Assembly (NCBI RefSeq): GCF_006345805.1
Contig: NC_042999.1
Coordinates: 56,358,001-56,422,000, forward strand
DNA: 64,000 nt
Source of the DNA: Octopus sinensis
Lineage: Eukaryota
Direction: 5' to 3'
Every line of letters starts with the position of its first letter. The first letter of the stretch is position 1. A program made the position numbers and the translations under genes. This document shows positions 47,960-64,000 of this stretch, piece by piece. Under the pieces are notes generated by a model that saw only the letters and a list, made by a program, of their open reading frames with translations, did no database searches and was not told the origin of the DNA.

Positions 47960-49387
47960 CTTTAATTAAAGCAGCAGAAAATTCAACAAAACCTGTTACT
48001 CTGAGTTTACCGTTGCCGTTCATTTTTCTGCTGCTTTAAATAAAGCATATTACTCTACCACTGGTATTTGAGTACTCTTTTTTCCACCTTGTTTCACATT
48101 TATGTGTTTACTCTGGTATATATATATATATAGTTATATGATGATGTTGATAATAACTGTGTATGTGTGTGCATATTTATTTGTTTACAGTTGTCCTTCT
48201 TATAAAATTACTGAGCAACAAAGCAGTGATGTTGTCATTTCCCCTTGTTAAATCATCCAATGGCTTTATACCTTGTAAAGCCTCAGTTCCCTTAATTGAA
48301 CAACAGGAATGGGTTTGTGACAGGAAGGGCATCAAGCTGTTAAACAATGCCTCAATATGCTAGCATGGAAAAAAAAAAACCCAAATGAACATAGAAACAA
48401 ATGAACAAGTTTTCAATTAAGTTTCACAACGATATGCAAATGGTTTAGCAAAATATTTCTATAAGATATTGGCCAAAAATTAGTTTTAAAATTAATACAA
48501 AAAAAAAAAATAATAATCAGTACACTCTGTGAAATGGTTGGCATAAAGAACATGAAGAACTGCAGAAACCATGCCAAAGCAGACATTAGAGCTTAACACA
48601 TAACACAGCCCTCTGCAACCAACCCATGCTAGCATGTAAAATAAATGTTAACTGATGATGATAACCTACAACACACTTAATATTCTAAAAGTCCCAAACA
48701 AATCACAAACAATCATATATGCCGCCTGTTCTTTGGCAGTATTAATCTCTCTATTTATTCTACAGAGAATGCTTTGCATGTTATCATTCAATCCATACCA
48801 CCTTTAGAATAATTACTGCTACATGTGTACATTTAATTATTGTACCATTCCAAACAGACTTACATCCAGGCCATGGCATTGATTCAAACATTTTACCACA
48901 TGATGAGCTTTCTTACAGTTTATGTTAACATTGGTGCTTCCAACTGAATCTCGTATCAAAAGTAACACCGTTTTACTTCCTAAACTCAAGCCAACCAACA
49001 ACATACTTCTCAAATAATTGGAATTTGTTTAACAAAAATACCTACTTGTATTTATGTTTGAAACCTCACAGACATATACATATTGGTGTGAGTATGTGCA
49101 CATTTGTATGTATGTGAGTGTGTATATATAAATATATACATATATATATATACATAATATAAATAATATATAAATATATGCATATATACATACATATATG
49201 TACATACCTACATATATATGTATATATACATGCATACATAGGTACAGGATATAAAAAAAACATGAACAAAATGAGAAACAAGAACATAGAAAATGAACTT
49301 TTTGAACAACGAAAGAAACAGAGAAACAAGATAGGCAACATAAAGAACATTCCCTTCATCAGTTGTCCCGTTTTATCTGCTCCAACA

Positions 49388-49814
49388 GAATAAAGTTAAA
49401 ACATGGTCTGGTTTACACATTTTTTATTATGGTATTTTAACATTAAAAATATATATATTGTAATGTTCATAAAGTTCAATTAGTGCTTTCATACATTCGT
49501 AGTAATCATATCTTTAACATATGAATATAAACAAATGACAGAATATCCATGTGCCCAGCAAACCGTGATGTTTAAGCTGCATGCAGATTGGTCAAAACTA
49601 TATTCCAAACATTCAGCTTGTTGGCGCATTCTAAGAGGTACTACAGTTGTTAACAAAACTCAACTGTTAATTAAATACATTCTGAAATCTGCTGATTACT
49701 ACGAACATATGAAAGTGCCAATTGAATTTTATGAACATTACAAAATATATTTTTTAATCTTAAAATACCATAATTAAAAAAATGTGAAACCCAGACCATG
49801 TTTTAACTTTATTC
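49388..49814. repeat. Long inverted repeat (~120-bp arms)
   Basis: 49388-49508 is the approximate reverse complement of 49693-49814. Confidence 0.85.
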
Positions 49815-49927
49815 AACTGATATATTATTCTATACACATTCACACAAATTCGAAACAATATATATATATATATGTAAATATATATCTAGGTATGCTTGTA
49901 CATATATACATACATACACATCTATGC

Positions 49928-49964
<37 letters not shown>

Positions 49965-50087
49965 CATATATATATATCTATGTATGCTTGTACATATATA
50001 CATACACACCTATGCATGTATATATATATATGGAAGCATACGTATATATATGTATGCATATATATACACATAAACACATGTATAGAT

Positions 50088-50126
<39 letters not shown>

Positions 50127-50905
50127 TGCATGTGTGTGTGTATATATATATATATATACACACACACACGCGCTCACATACATATATATGTGTATGCATA
50201 TACATACACATATATAGACACGTGTGTGTGTGTGTGTGTGTCTTTGTTTTGACATCACATGACAGTTGTAAACAAGCATCAACATCATACTGGTAGTGGC
50301 ATTCATACCCAGTCTTCCATGAGAAACATGTCAGATCCATGGGTAAATATTAACTTGTTTGGAAACATGAGGGTTTGTGACATGAAGGACATCATCTGGT
50401 GGTGGAAAATCTTTCTCAACAACCTCAGGATGACCATGTAAACATGGAAAAAGTCAACATTAAAATGATGATGATGATGATGATATGCATATATGTGAAG
50501 AGCAGGCAGAAACGTTAGCATGCCGGATGAAATGCTTAGCGATATTTTGTCTGTCTTTACATTCTGAGTTCAAATTCTGCCCTCATCACCTCAAAAAAAT
50601 TCCAGGCCTTGTGCTTAGTGTAGAAAAGAATAATGATATGCATATGTATATTTGTGAGTATATATACATGTGTGTGTATAGCTGATCATACAATGAACTG
50701 TATGCTTCCAGTGGAAGTGGAAGCAAAATTGACGATACACATCAACCACATTCTCATTTTCTCTTTCCTTTTTAACCATTTCCAAATTTAGAACTATAAT
50801 TTTTCAAATATTGAACTGAGGGCAGTTGAGGAGTTTCCAAGATGACCTAGGCCTTCCTGTACCTTTTACATTATTTTTGGAAAATGGTTTACTAATTTAA
50901 ACACA

Positions 50906-50947
<42 letters not shown>

Positions 50948-51042
50948 TATATATATATATATATATATACACACTTATATATATATACTTTTATATAATA
51001 TATATTTACATATATATATTATATATATATATACATATATAT

Positions 51043-51295
51043 ATATTGTTATATTTCGGAATGGTGATTTTGCCAGTTTAGTCAATAAAAACACACGCAC
51101 TATATATTTGGTGTTACTTTGCTTCAGTGTTATTCATTTTTTACATTAATCTTAATCTTATTTTGGCCAGAGTTCTTTCGTCACACTCCTATAATTAAAA
51201 AATAAATAACACTGAAGCAAAGTAACACCAAATATATAGTGCGTGTGTTTTTATTGGCTAAACTGGCAAATGACCATTCCGAAATATAACAATAT
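51043..51295. repeat. Long near-perfect inverted repeat (~100-bp arms)
   Basis: 51043-51143 versus 51196-51295, with very few mismatches. Confidence 0.9.
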
Positions 51296-51350
51296 CTGTT
51301 TCAAACACACGACTTCTCATAAAAAATCTTGCACAACAAATATTTAAACG

Positions 51351-54537
<3,187 letters not shown>

Positions 54538-54576
54538 CACAATTATACACACAACACACAAAATATATATACACTT

Positions 54577-54878
54577 ATCATCCGAATGTGGCTGATGCCA
54601 GTGCCGCCTTGACTGGCTTCTGTGCCAGTGGCACGTAAAAAGCACCATCCGATCGTGGCCACTGCCAGTCTCCCCTGGCACCTGTGCCGGTGGCACAAAA
54701 AGCACCCACTACACTCACGGAGTGGTTGGCGTTAGGAAAGGCATCCAGCTGTAGAAACATTGCCAGATCAGACTGGAGCCTGGTGCAGCCTCCTGGCTTC
54801 CCAGACCCCGGTCGAACCGTCCAACCCATGCTAGCACGGAAAACGGACGTTAAACGATGATGATGATGATGATGATGA
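54577..54878 (+). mobile_element. Family B element
   Basis: Closely similar to the copy at 10427-10692. Confidence 0.8.
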
Positions 54879-55199
54879 TTTACATTTGACAAATGAGAAG
54901 CAATGTCCATTTTTCTATATTTTTTGTCTGGCTACAGTCATTGCAGTGCCAGCTCTATTGATGTTTTTGTGGCAAATGAAATAAGTCATATCATATTTTC
55001 TGCACCTGTAAGTGTTTCAGGCATGGCTTTGTGGTTAACTACATGGTCTCAAATTCAGTTACACCATATGGCACATTCAGTAAGTGTCTTCCTCAATAAC
55101 CCTAGGCCTTGAGAAGATTTAGTAAATGGAAACTGAAAAAAGCCCATCATATGTATAAGCAGGGAAAACGGATGTAAAAATGAACAAATTCATCTAAAA

Positions 55200-55488
55200 C
55201 ATAGGTTCTCAAAGTGGGCACTACCGCTCCCTAGTGGGCGTTGAGAGAGTCCAGGTAGGCGCTGGTGTCTAAAGAGGTGGTAGAAGAAAAGGAGGCATTA
55301 GGAGAAAAGCTGTGGATTGGGGGACGCTTATGAATTTATATTGTATACAAATTATATAATATTATATTAAATATCAAATGATTCAAAGTATATATAAATT
55401 AGTAAAATATAAAATTTTTATTTATACATAAAAATAGGGGTGGGAGTGCTGGGGTGGGGCGGTGGCCCAAAATGTTTGAGTACCTCTG
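55200..55488. mobile_element. hAT-type MITE
   Basis: TIRs cataggttctcaaa / tttgagtacctctg, with 8-bp TSD atctaaaa / atcgaaaa. Confidence 0.7.
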
Positions 55489-55737
55489 ATCGAAAAGGTC
55501 ACATTCAAATCTGCCGGAATATACTGGTTTCAAATTTCAGGGAAGAGGGTAAGTCAATTACACTGCCCCCCAGTGCTCAACTGGCACTTAATCTAACAAC
55601 CTCAAAGGGATGAAAGGTAAGTCGACTTCAGTGGAATTTGAACTCAGAATGTAAAGGTAGACAAAATACCGTTAAGTATTTCACCCGGCGTGCTAACGAA
55701 TCTGCCAGCTCACTGCCTTATCAAGGGAACATCTTAC

Positions 55738-55747
55738 GAACGAACAT
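55738..55747 (-). CDS. Putative upstream coding start of the ASB-like gene (within 59-nt exon 55796-55738)
   Basis: Acceptor ttgtttgtctcttcag|CTAAAG and donor TTC|gtaaga. ATG TTC GTT C joins in phase 1 to GA TGT GTT GGA ATG of the 42066 exon, giving MFVRCVG. Confidence 0.45.
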
Positions 55748-56948
55748 GTCCTCCTTTTGATTCTCACTGTTCACTGTGCATAGACACCATCTTTAGCTGA
55801 AGAGACAAACAACAAGGTTGAAACACTGGATGTCTGAGTCTCCTTACTTTAATGAACTGAGAGTGTTATGATCATAAATTCATCAGAAAGAAGTTGTTCT
55901 CTGAAGAACAAAATACAACCGTGATTAACATGTTTACTTTCAAATCAGCCACATCCTATTTAGAATAAATAACTCACCATTTTGAGTCTTACTCTTCACT
56001 GTGGACACAATAACTTACTGTAAATTATTATTATTATTATCATTATTATTATTATCTAACAAGTGTGTAACATTTAGCTGGGCTTAATCTAATCGACTAC
56101 TACCTCCCTCATGCCACGGCTGTGTGGTTAAGCAGTTTGCTTCTCAACCCTGAGTTTTCAAATTCAATCCTACTGCCAGGCACATTGGGTAAGCATCTTC
56201 TACTATAACCATGGGTCAACCATAGCCTTGTAGATTTGGTAGACAGAAACTGAAAAGAAAATATGTTGTATATGTGAGTGTGGATGTGCATGTGATGTTT
56301 GTGTACATCTTTCTCTTGACATCACATGCGGATTGGCAACAGGAAGGACATCAGGCCAGAGAAGATTGTCTCAACAAATTCCATCTGACCCATGTCAACA
56401 TTGAAAAGTGGATGTTAAAACAATGATGATGATGATTAACATTATAGAATTATGTCCCTCTCAGCTTCTCACTATAAATCCAACATACCCTTTCTCAGAC
56501 ATCTAAAAACCATTCTCAGAAACCTTTCAATTGCAAACAAGTGCTGGTTCCTGAAATTAAGACATTTAGTTTGAACTTTATCAATCCAAATTTTCAAATT
56601 CTACATTTTCCCCAGAGCACCAATTAACATTTGTGTGTCATTATGAATTTTTAATATTTTTCATTCTCTTTCCCAGATTTTGATTAGCATGTTTTTCTCG
56701 GTAACAGACACAAAATAAAAAAAATCATCACCAGCACCTTTATTTAATGTCCACTTTTCCATGCTTGCATGGGTCAGACAGAATTTGTCAAGGCAAATTT
56801 TTATGGCTGGATGCCCTTCCTGCTCCCAACTCTCATCAGTTTCCAAGCAAGGTAATATTTCCCCTAAGCCAAACATATTTTTCATGAAATACAGGAAACT
56901 TACTTGCAGCTACAAGGACAACCAAAGCATAAAAATCAGAAGGAATTA

Positions 56949-57256
56949 CAGGTACCAAACCTTTTATCCAGCAACCTTGGGGCCGGAGGTGGTCTGCATT
57001 TCTAGACACAGGCTAAATATATACCGAAAATATAAAATAAACAAAGAAAAGTAAAGAACAAAATTGTATAACATATACAAATTGATACATTTCTAAAGCA
57101 GGGTCTGTTTAATCTGGCGTCGTATGGTGGCACATGTGCCATGGAAAACAAAACAAAGTGGCTGCCCGGCAAAATTCAAAGTTATTCAGTTTCAAAAAGA
57201 GCTATATTTCTGGTAATTCCAGATTTCTGGATTCTGGACAAAAGGTTCGGTACCTG
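56949..57256. mobile_element. Tc1/Tigger-type MITE
   Basis: TA|caggtaccaaaccttttatccag ... ctggacaaaaggttcggtacctg|TA. Confidence 0.7.
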
Positions 57257-58278
57257 TATATGTACTTGCATCATAAAATAAGCATATATAAAAATAAATC
57301 TCTCTCTGTATTTGTGTGTATGTGTGTGTATTTGTGTCAGTGTGTGTGTGTGTGTGTGTTTGTCTCCTTGTCTTGACATCATGTGACAGCAATAAATGTC
57401 ACTGTCACAAATGATGTCGCTCATTTCCAATCTTCAATGGAAACCTGTCTAGTCACGGGGTTAATATTACCTTGCTTGGAAACTGGTAAGGGTTGATAAA
57501 AAAGAAGGGTGTCCAGCCATAGAAAAATCTGCCACAATAAATTCCGTCTGACTCACACCAGCATGGAAAATGAAAATGACTAGCAGGACCCATGAATATT
57601 TCACTGAATTAATAGTAAACCTATTGGGTTATTCCTGAAAACTTTATCAAAAAAACCTGAAAGCGTAGCCTGTGTTGTGTCTATATCAAAGAATGGTCAC
57701 TCATCTGCTATTCATTGAAAAATTAAGGTAATTGGAATGCGATGATTACTTAATGTACTTTATATATATATATATACCTTATGTACTTGATGCACAATTT
57801 TATAGACTTAATACACAGCACTCATAAAATAAATATTTACTCTTATTGTCCCATTTTCCCCAAAACAACAACAAAAAAAAATCCCATATATATGATACAA
57901 CCTTTAGTTAAATTTCATATATTTGCCTTCTAAATAAGTGTGAATATTTCACAGAATTGCACTTAAGCACATCAGAACGTCACCTCTCTGCTAAAATTCC
58001 TTTCCGCCTCACATCATCGATGCTTCTTTCTCTCCCTCTTTCGGTCTCACTCTTTGCCTTATCCTCTTATTCTTTCTCCTCTCTTTCACCTCAACTAATC
58101 ACATGAAAGCGTTACAGTAACGTAATGACAAGCAAAATTATTATAAGATCATAATTAACTGTGACAAATCAATCTATGAGACATTATGTTGGCTTAATAA
58201 TATAAAGATGAAGTTTTTGAATCAGGATATGTTTGTACAGTGCTTGGAAGAAGAGGAATCTAACATAACTTTTCAAAC

Positions 58279-58313
<35 letters not shown>

Positions 58314-60592
58314 TAACTGCAAATTCTGCTATTATAAATGTGTCAAGAGAAAAATAACCAGAACACTTTTCCTGCCAGTAATGGTTCATCTTCCATTTAC
58401 CATTTTATATCTATTAAGTTCAATAAAAACATATCTTTCCTTATTATTTTCTTTTTATAGATTTATTTTCTTTCAAGTGTTGGCCTTCACTAAACAATTA
58501 TTCATATGTTCATAACTCAGTTAACAATATTTGCAAGTCACAGCTGGTCCAATCGATAAAATGTTGATCTACCAGCCAAAGAGTTAATGGACTCTTTTTA
58601 TCACCACCTCCTCCCCTCTTTCTCTTGCTACACTACTAAATTTGCAATGGCTAAGTTTATCTTGGTATAACTAGCTGTAATGAGAGAAGCACTGTTTATT
58701 GTTTATGAGTAAAAGTCAATACAACTGATAAATTTTAATAATGACTGATATGAATAATGTTTGGTTGGTTGGTTGGTTGGTCAGTCGGTGACTCAGTTTT
58801 GCTTTACAGAGTATAAAGAGGAGCAGAAAGGAGTAAAAGAAAGACACAGAGAAAGTTAATATAAGAGATGCAGGATGAGTACACATGAGGCTTAGTGACA
58901 GGCAATGAGTAAGGGAACACCACACACACACACACACTGAAAGGAATTATACAAAAGAGAAATGTGTTTCATTTAATTTTATTTTAATGAAATAAATATT
59001 TTTCTTTTGAAAATTAGAATTCATTTTATTTTGTATAAGCATCATGAAATTTGATAAAGATTAAATTATAACCATTATATGTATGCCATATTTCCTGACA
59101 TTATCACCCATGGTGGCAAAAATATACTTCAAAAGTTACCTGTCATATGTGTGTGTGTGTGTGTGACAGCTTGACAACTGGTGCTAGTGTGTTTACATCC
59201 TTGTCACACAGTGGTTCAACAAAAGAGATCGATAGAATAAGTACCAAGTTTAAAAATAAAATAATACTGGGGTCAATTCATTTGATTAAAAATTTGAGGT
59301 GGTGCCCCAGCATGGTCACAGTCTAATGACTGAAACAGCTTAAAGACATTTTGTCTCAAACAAGGCTTGAGGACACTGTAGCATAAGGGACTAGAAAGAA
59401 GGAAAAGAAGGGCCCACAAATTCATAGGCTATTGGCTTACAGAAGCATAAAGGAGTCTAAATGATAGACCAGAGGAAATGAAGATGACTGTAGGGAGTTT
59501 CAGAGAGAGGAGAAGTTCAAGGAAAAGAAGTTATTGGAATAAAAGGATTTATGACTAACAGGAAACTCAATGGAAAAGCAACACAGCTGGGAAGAGAAGT
59601 AGGGGACATGTTTAAAGGTCATGATAAAAGGGGACATTATGAGAAACTTCATCAGAGCAATGTCCATGGAAATGATTCACCTCATGTAATATGGCTGGAG
59701 TGTAACAGTTATAGCACGTGAAATAAAAGGATTTATGACTAACGGGAAGCTCAATGGAGAAACAACACAGCTGGGAAGAGAAGTGGATGTCACTTATGGA
59801 ATGAAGTATTTCTATATGGAAACTAGGACAATATTTACAGCACAATATTAGTGACATTATTGAGGTATTTAAGGTGGCAAGCTGGCTGAGTTGTTAGCAC
59901 ATTGGGCAAGATGCTTCCTAGCATTTTGTCCATCTTTATGTTCTGAGTTCAAATTCTGCCAAGGGGTTGATAAAATAAGTACCGTTTGAATACTTGGAGT
60001 TGATGTAAATCAACTTATCCCCTTCCCTGAAATTGCAGGCTTTGTGCAAAAATTTGAAACCAATATTATTGAGATATTTTTTACTAATCCAAGACTGCTT
60101 TCGGTGAAGTACCAGTAATGTTTAAAGGGATTCAAATTATATGGAACTGCCTGGTTTTGATTCCAGATTAATGATGGTTACAAAAAATATAACATTCTGT
60201 ACTTTTAGTCCTTGGGAACATTCTCACGTTTATAGTTGTACTGGGGTTTGTGGGTCCATTCATTGTTTCAGTACACAAGTTAATCCAGTCTACAAAAATA
60301 GTTTCCCAGCCTGAAAGAATTCTAGTGTTTATCTTTGGATGTTAAAACTGAGATTCTGTCATCACATGAAGACATAGAGCAAGAGGTCAGAATCACAGAC
60401 TGTAATGTATTTGGTAAGCAGGTGGATATGAGATAAATTGTAAAACATTTATACATATATATATACATACACACATACATGTATATATGTGTGTGTGAAA
60501 ATAACCAATTAATTCTTTGAAGAGAAAGTAACTTGTAGAAATGGATGGAGAGTTCTGGTAAAGGAAAGTAACAAGTCAAAAGGCAGCATGTA

Positions 60593-60882
60593 CAATAGAA
60601 CCTCACAGTACAAGATCCCCATTCTATGAGAAATTTGCTGTACAAACCGTGACTTGTGTGAATTTTTGCATTGAAGTACGGGCAGAAATTCGCAGTACGA
60701 GCACACAAATTGTTAATAAAACCAGTTTACATATTTCTTATTTTTGAGTGGTTTTGGTGGGTTGGAACGGATTAATTATATTTTAGTTAATTTTAATGGG
60801 GAAAATTGATTTGTAAAATGAGTAAATTGCAAGACGAGATTGGTCATGGAACGAATTAAACTCATACAGTGATGTATCACTG
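60593..60882. mobile_element. Tigger-type MITE
   Basis: TA|caatagaacctc ... gatgtatcactg|TA. Confidence 0.6.
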
Positions 60883-62264
60883 TATTTTGAGAATGGGAGG
60901 TGTTATGGATGCACCAGATGTGATTAATAGTTGGAAAAGCAGGCTTTGTGACCATCTCCCATCAAAAGCTGGCTACACAAGCTACATGAAATTACATTGG
61001 TAATTTATGAAATCAAGATGTATTTTTTAATGCATCTTGATTTCTTTTTTAAAAAGTGAAAAACTTCTGTGTAGATTTCAGAAAAAAATCTGTCAGAGTA
61101 AATCTGGTTTGAAAAGGCATATCAAAGGCCATAAGATTATCATACCACAAGTGAGATAGAGGGGCTCCAAAAGGGGTCTCAGGGAGTAGCATCTCTGCCT
61201 TTCTGAGCTAGTTTTCCACCACATTTCTTAAAAATCATGGTAGAGGCCTTGGTCTCACGACTACTCATGTCTAGAAACAGAGGTTGGGGGGTGAGCAAAG
61301 GCATGCTCCCCGTAGAAAATCCAGCTCCCAAAAAAGCCTTGTGGTAGCTAAGGAGAATGGGCACCAGCCAGCCAGCCCAAAGTTTGGGGTGGGCTGCACC
61401 TGCCTACCTCAGTTGCTATGGCATTGAGGTAGATCCAGCCACCCCCATTAACGGGGGCAAAACCCAGGATGATGATGATGTAAGCTACATAAAGAAGTTT
61501 TGAATCTTATATGCCACATGAATTTAAAGCCTTGTAGATCAACTACTGGTCTGAAAAGTCACCCCAAAGCACATGAATATAATGGAGATTATAGAGATGA
61601 AGTAGACTGATTGAGAGAGCTATCATCTTTCAAAATGAAGCCGTCCACATGTAAGCATTTCTATATGTATGTACGTGAGAGAGTGCATTTGCTTACATTC
61701 TCCACTGGGTTGGAATAGGGATCCTTTACTTGAAAAACTGTTAAGAGTTAGCAACAGGAAAAGCATCCAGCTACAAACCATTACTGCAAAAAACACATAA
61801 AACTGATTAAAACATTAAATGTTAATTCATATCATCTAAGAATCCATAAGAAAAAATATGCATTTGTATATTTGTCAATAGAGTGAGTATATTAAACAAA
61901 GTGTACAGTATCGTATATCCAATTCGATGTTACCAATATGCTTCGCATTGGGTGTACAACCAGATGCTTGATAACAGCACAGTTAAGTTATAATGTGTGC
62001 TGATCATAGCTGACAGGTATGGAACAGTTGCTATATTTTCATCATACTAGCTACATACTAGTTCTGACAAACAATATTACTTAACCATACTGTTATCTAA
62101 CATTTGTTTAATGCACACACACACATATGATTTCCCTTGGATGTACCAATACTAATAACTAGTTTTTAGAACTCAATATACATATACAAGTATACTTTCT
62201 GAAATAAACATTCACTTCATTTTAATGGCCCCCAAAGAAGCTATAAGATGTTGTGCACAAGCAC

Positions 62265-62312
62265 TTAGCTCTGAGTGCACTGCTTTTTATAACAGAAACA
62301 GCTGTAAGCTAA
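62265..62312 (+). ncRNA. Degenerate hammerhead-like motif
   Basis: TTAGCT CTGAGTG cactgctttttataaca GAAAC AGCT GTA AGCTAA. Stem I is a perfect 6 bp and stem III is palindromic, but the core and stem II are damaged. Confidence 0.35.
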
Positions 62313-62844
62313 TGAAGTTGACTACATGATTCCTGTTCCCTCATCAGTAATTAATTAAAATACATAAATGTATATGTGTGTGTGTATATAACTAAACTAC
62401 CAAGGCATGGGATACAAATATATATGTAATGTATACAACACCATATTCATGTATGTCGTAAACAAATATTTAACCCCAATGTGAAAGTAGACACCATGGT
62501 TAATCACAATGGTTTTTAGCAGCTAGGAAGGAATAATTGAACCAACTAGATTTAGCTTCCACTAAAGAACCATTGGGGATTACTTACTGTGTCGTGTGTC
62601 TTCCAAACTGCCAAAGAGAAGAATCTCAAAGCTATTTATAGAAAATGTAAACAAAATTCTTTGTAGTATAACTTAACTGTCATAATACACGGTTCTATAT
62701 TTCTTAAGTCTGGCAGCAAAGACAACAGAGGTATGTGATTCCAGGGGCGTATTTAACGAAGGATAAAACTTGGTTTAATTCTTGTTCAAAGTTACTGAAG
62801 ATCCCTGTGATTTAAATATGGCTTCTGCTTTTACTTTGGTATTC

Positions 62845-63250
62845 ATCATCATCATCATTGTTTAACATCTGCTTTCCATGCTGGCATGGGTTGGATGGTT
62901 TGATTGAGGACTGGTGAACCAGAAGGCTGCACAAGACTCCAATCTGATCTGGCAAAGTTTCTATAGCTGGATGCCCTTCCTAATGCCAACCACTCTGAGA
63001 GTGTAGTGGGTGCTTTTACGTGCCACCAGCTCGAGGTCCAGTCAGGTGGCACTGGCATCAACCATGCTCAAAGGTGTTTTTTATGTGCCACATGCACGGG
63101 AGCCAGTTCAGCGGTACTGGCTACGACCACACTTGAATGTTGTTTTTTCATGTGCCACTGGCACATATGCCAGAAAGGTAACGCTGGCAACAATCACGCT
63201 TGGATAGTGCTTTTAACGTTCCACTGGCACAAGTGCCAATCAGGCGGTAC
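62845..63250 (-). mobile_element. Family B element
   Basis: (CAT)n tail at the left and a typical family B body. Confidence 0.8.
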
Positions 63251-64000
63251 TAAATATGTTTATTTAACAATCAGAATATAACATCACATATATACATAAT
63301 ACACACACACTTCAAAAGTAAATAGATACCTCTCATTATGCCATTTTATCTGTGCAGATACAACTAACCAGTACAATACCCAAACGAGTTAAATGATTAA
63401 AAATTGCCCAAGGCACGTCTACTAAATACTAGATTAAGTATTTAAATGCATCAAATTACATTATTTTAGTTTCCAGAAATAAATCTTTCAAAAATGATTG
63501 TGTCTATTTACATTTGTGATGTCTGGGTCCATGTGTGTATATTATATATTCTTCATCATCAATATATACATTTTTATATAAATACACACATATATCACAT
63601 ACGGGAGAAAAGATTAGATTCTGATCTTGTAATCAAAGTATTCTTGCAATATAAAAGGAATTCAATGTAAGAGAATATATTCAGTTATAATGTCTCCATG
63701 CAACATGGTCAGATGTTTCAACTCATGTCTCTACAGAGAAGACACATGTATGTTCACAGAACCTGTGTTTGCTGACCAACTGCTGTCTCATTTGCAACAT
63801 GAACAGGTGCTTCTTAGCATGCACAGTCTATCCAATAGCCGGGTTGGTAACAAAAGGGTTAAACTATATCTGTTAACCATTTCAAATTTCTGGGTACCTA
63901 AACTAAATTCTCAGTTCAAATAAAATTAAGATTCAGAATCCAATATGTCAAAATAATCTGAACGGGCAGGTATGGCTGTGTGCTAAGAAGTTTCCTTCTC

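Noticed and set aside
55791-55840. Plus-strand CTGAAGA..GAAAC..GTC hammerhead-like string
   Set aside because: Stem I does not pair, and the segment is better explained as the minus-strand splice acceptor.
57900-58200. Possible first exon or promoter of the ASB-like gene
   Set aside because: It is slightly CpG-richer with a weak donor-like gtgacg, but the evidence is insufficient without transcripts.
63690-63923. 77-aa plus-strand ORF with donor-like CAG|gtgc
   Set aside because: There is no recognisable domain or partner exon within the window.

Overview
AT-rich, repeat-dense eukaryotic DNA. The SINE, microsatellite and RTE content looks like an octopod cephalopod genome (inference, not verified). 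One protein-coding gene could be reconstructed on the minus strand: an ankyrin-repeat plus C-terminal SOCS-box (ASB-like) protein. It has 7 phase-compatible GT-AG coding exons (42055-41822, 40741-40319, 34054-33976, 29862-29731, 19941-19803, 13771-13616, 9261-8937), 1488 nt = 495 aa + stop, and possibly a further upstream exon at 55796-55738. The rest is transposon-derived or simple repeat: tRNA-headed SINE families, RTE-LINE 3' ends with (ATG)n tails, an internally deleted mariner, a decayed Gypsy gag-protease, hAT/piggyBac/Tigger-type MITEs, a tandem pair of Helentron-type non-autonomous elements and a ~3.2-kb (TA)n tract. The most striking unexplained signal is about ten minimal type I hammerhead-ribozyme motifs or remnants, from several unrelated sequence families. 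They have a CTGANGA core, stem II, GAAA, a mostly palindromic stem III and an NUH site, and often sit in fold-back (inverted-arm) elements. One family fuses a tRNA-derived Pol III head to a hammerhead-bearing tail, and one near-intact motif lies on the sense strand of an intron of the ASB-like gene. Repeat boundaries are approximate; no searches or folding programs were run.
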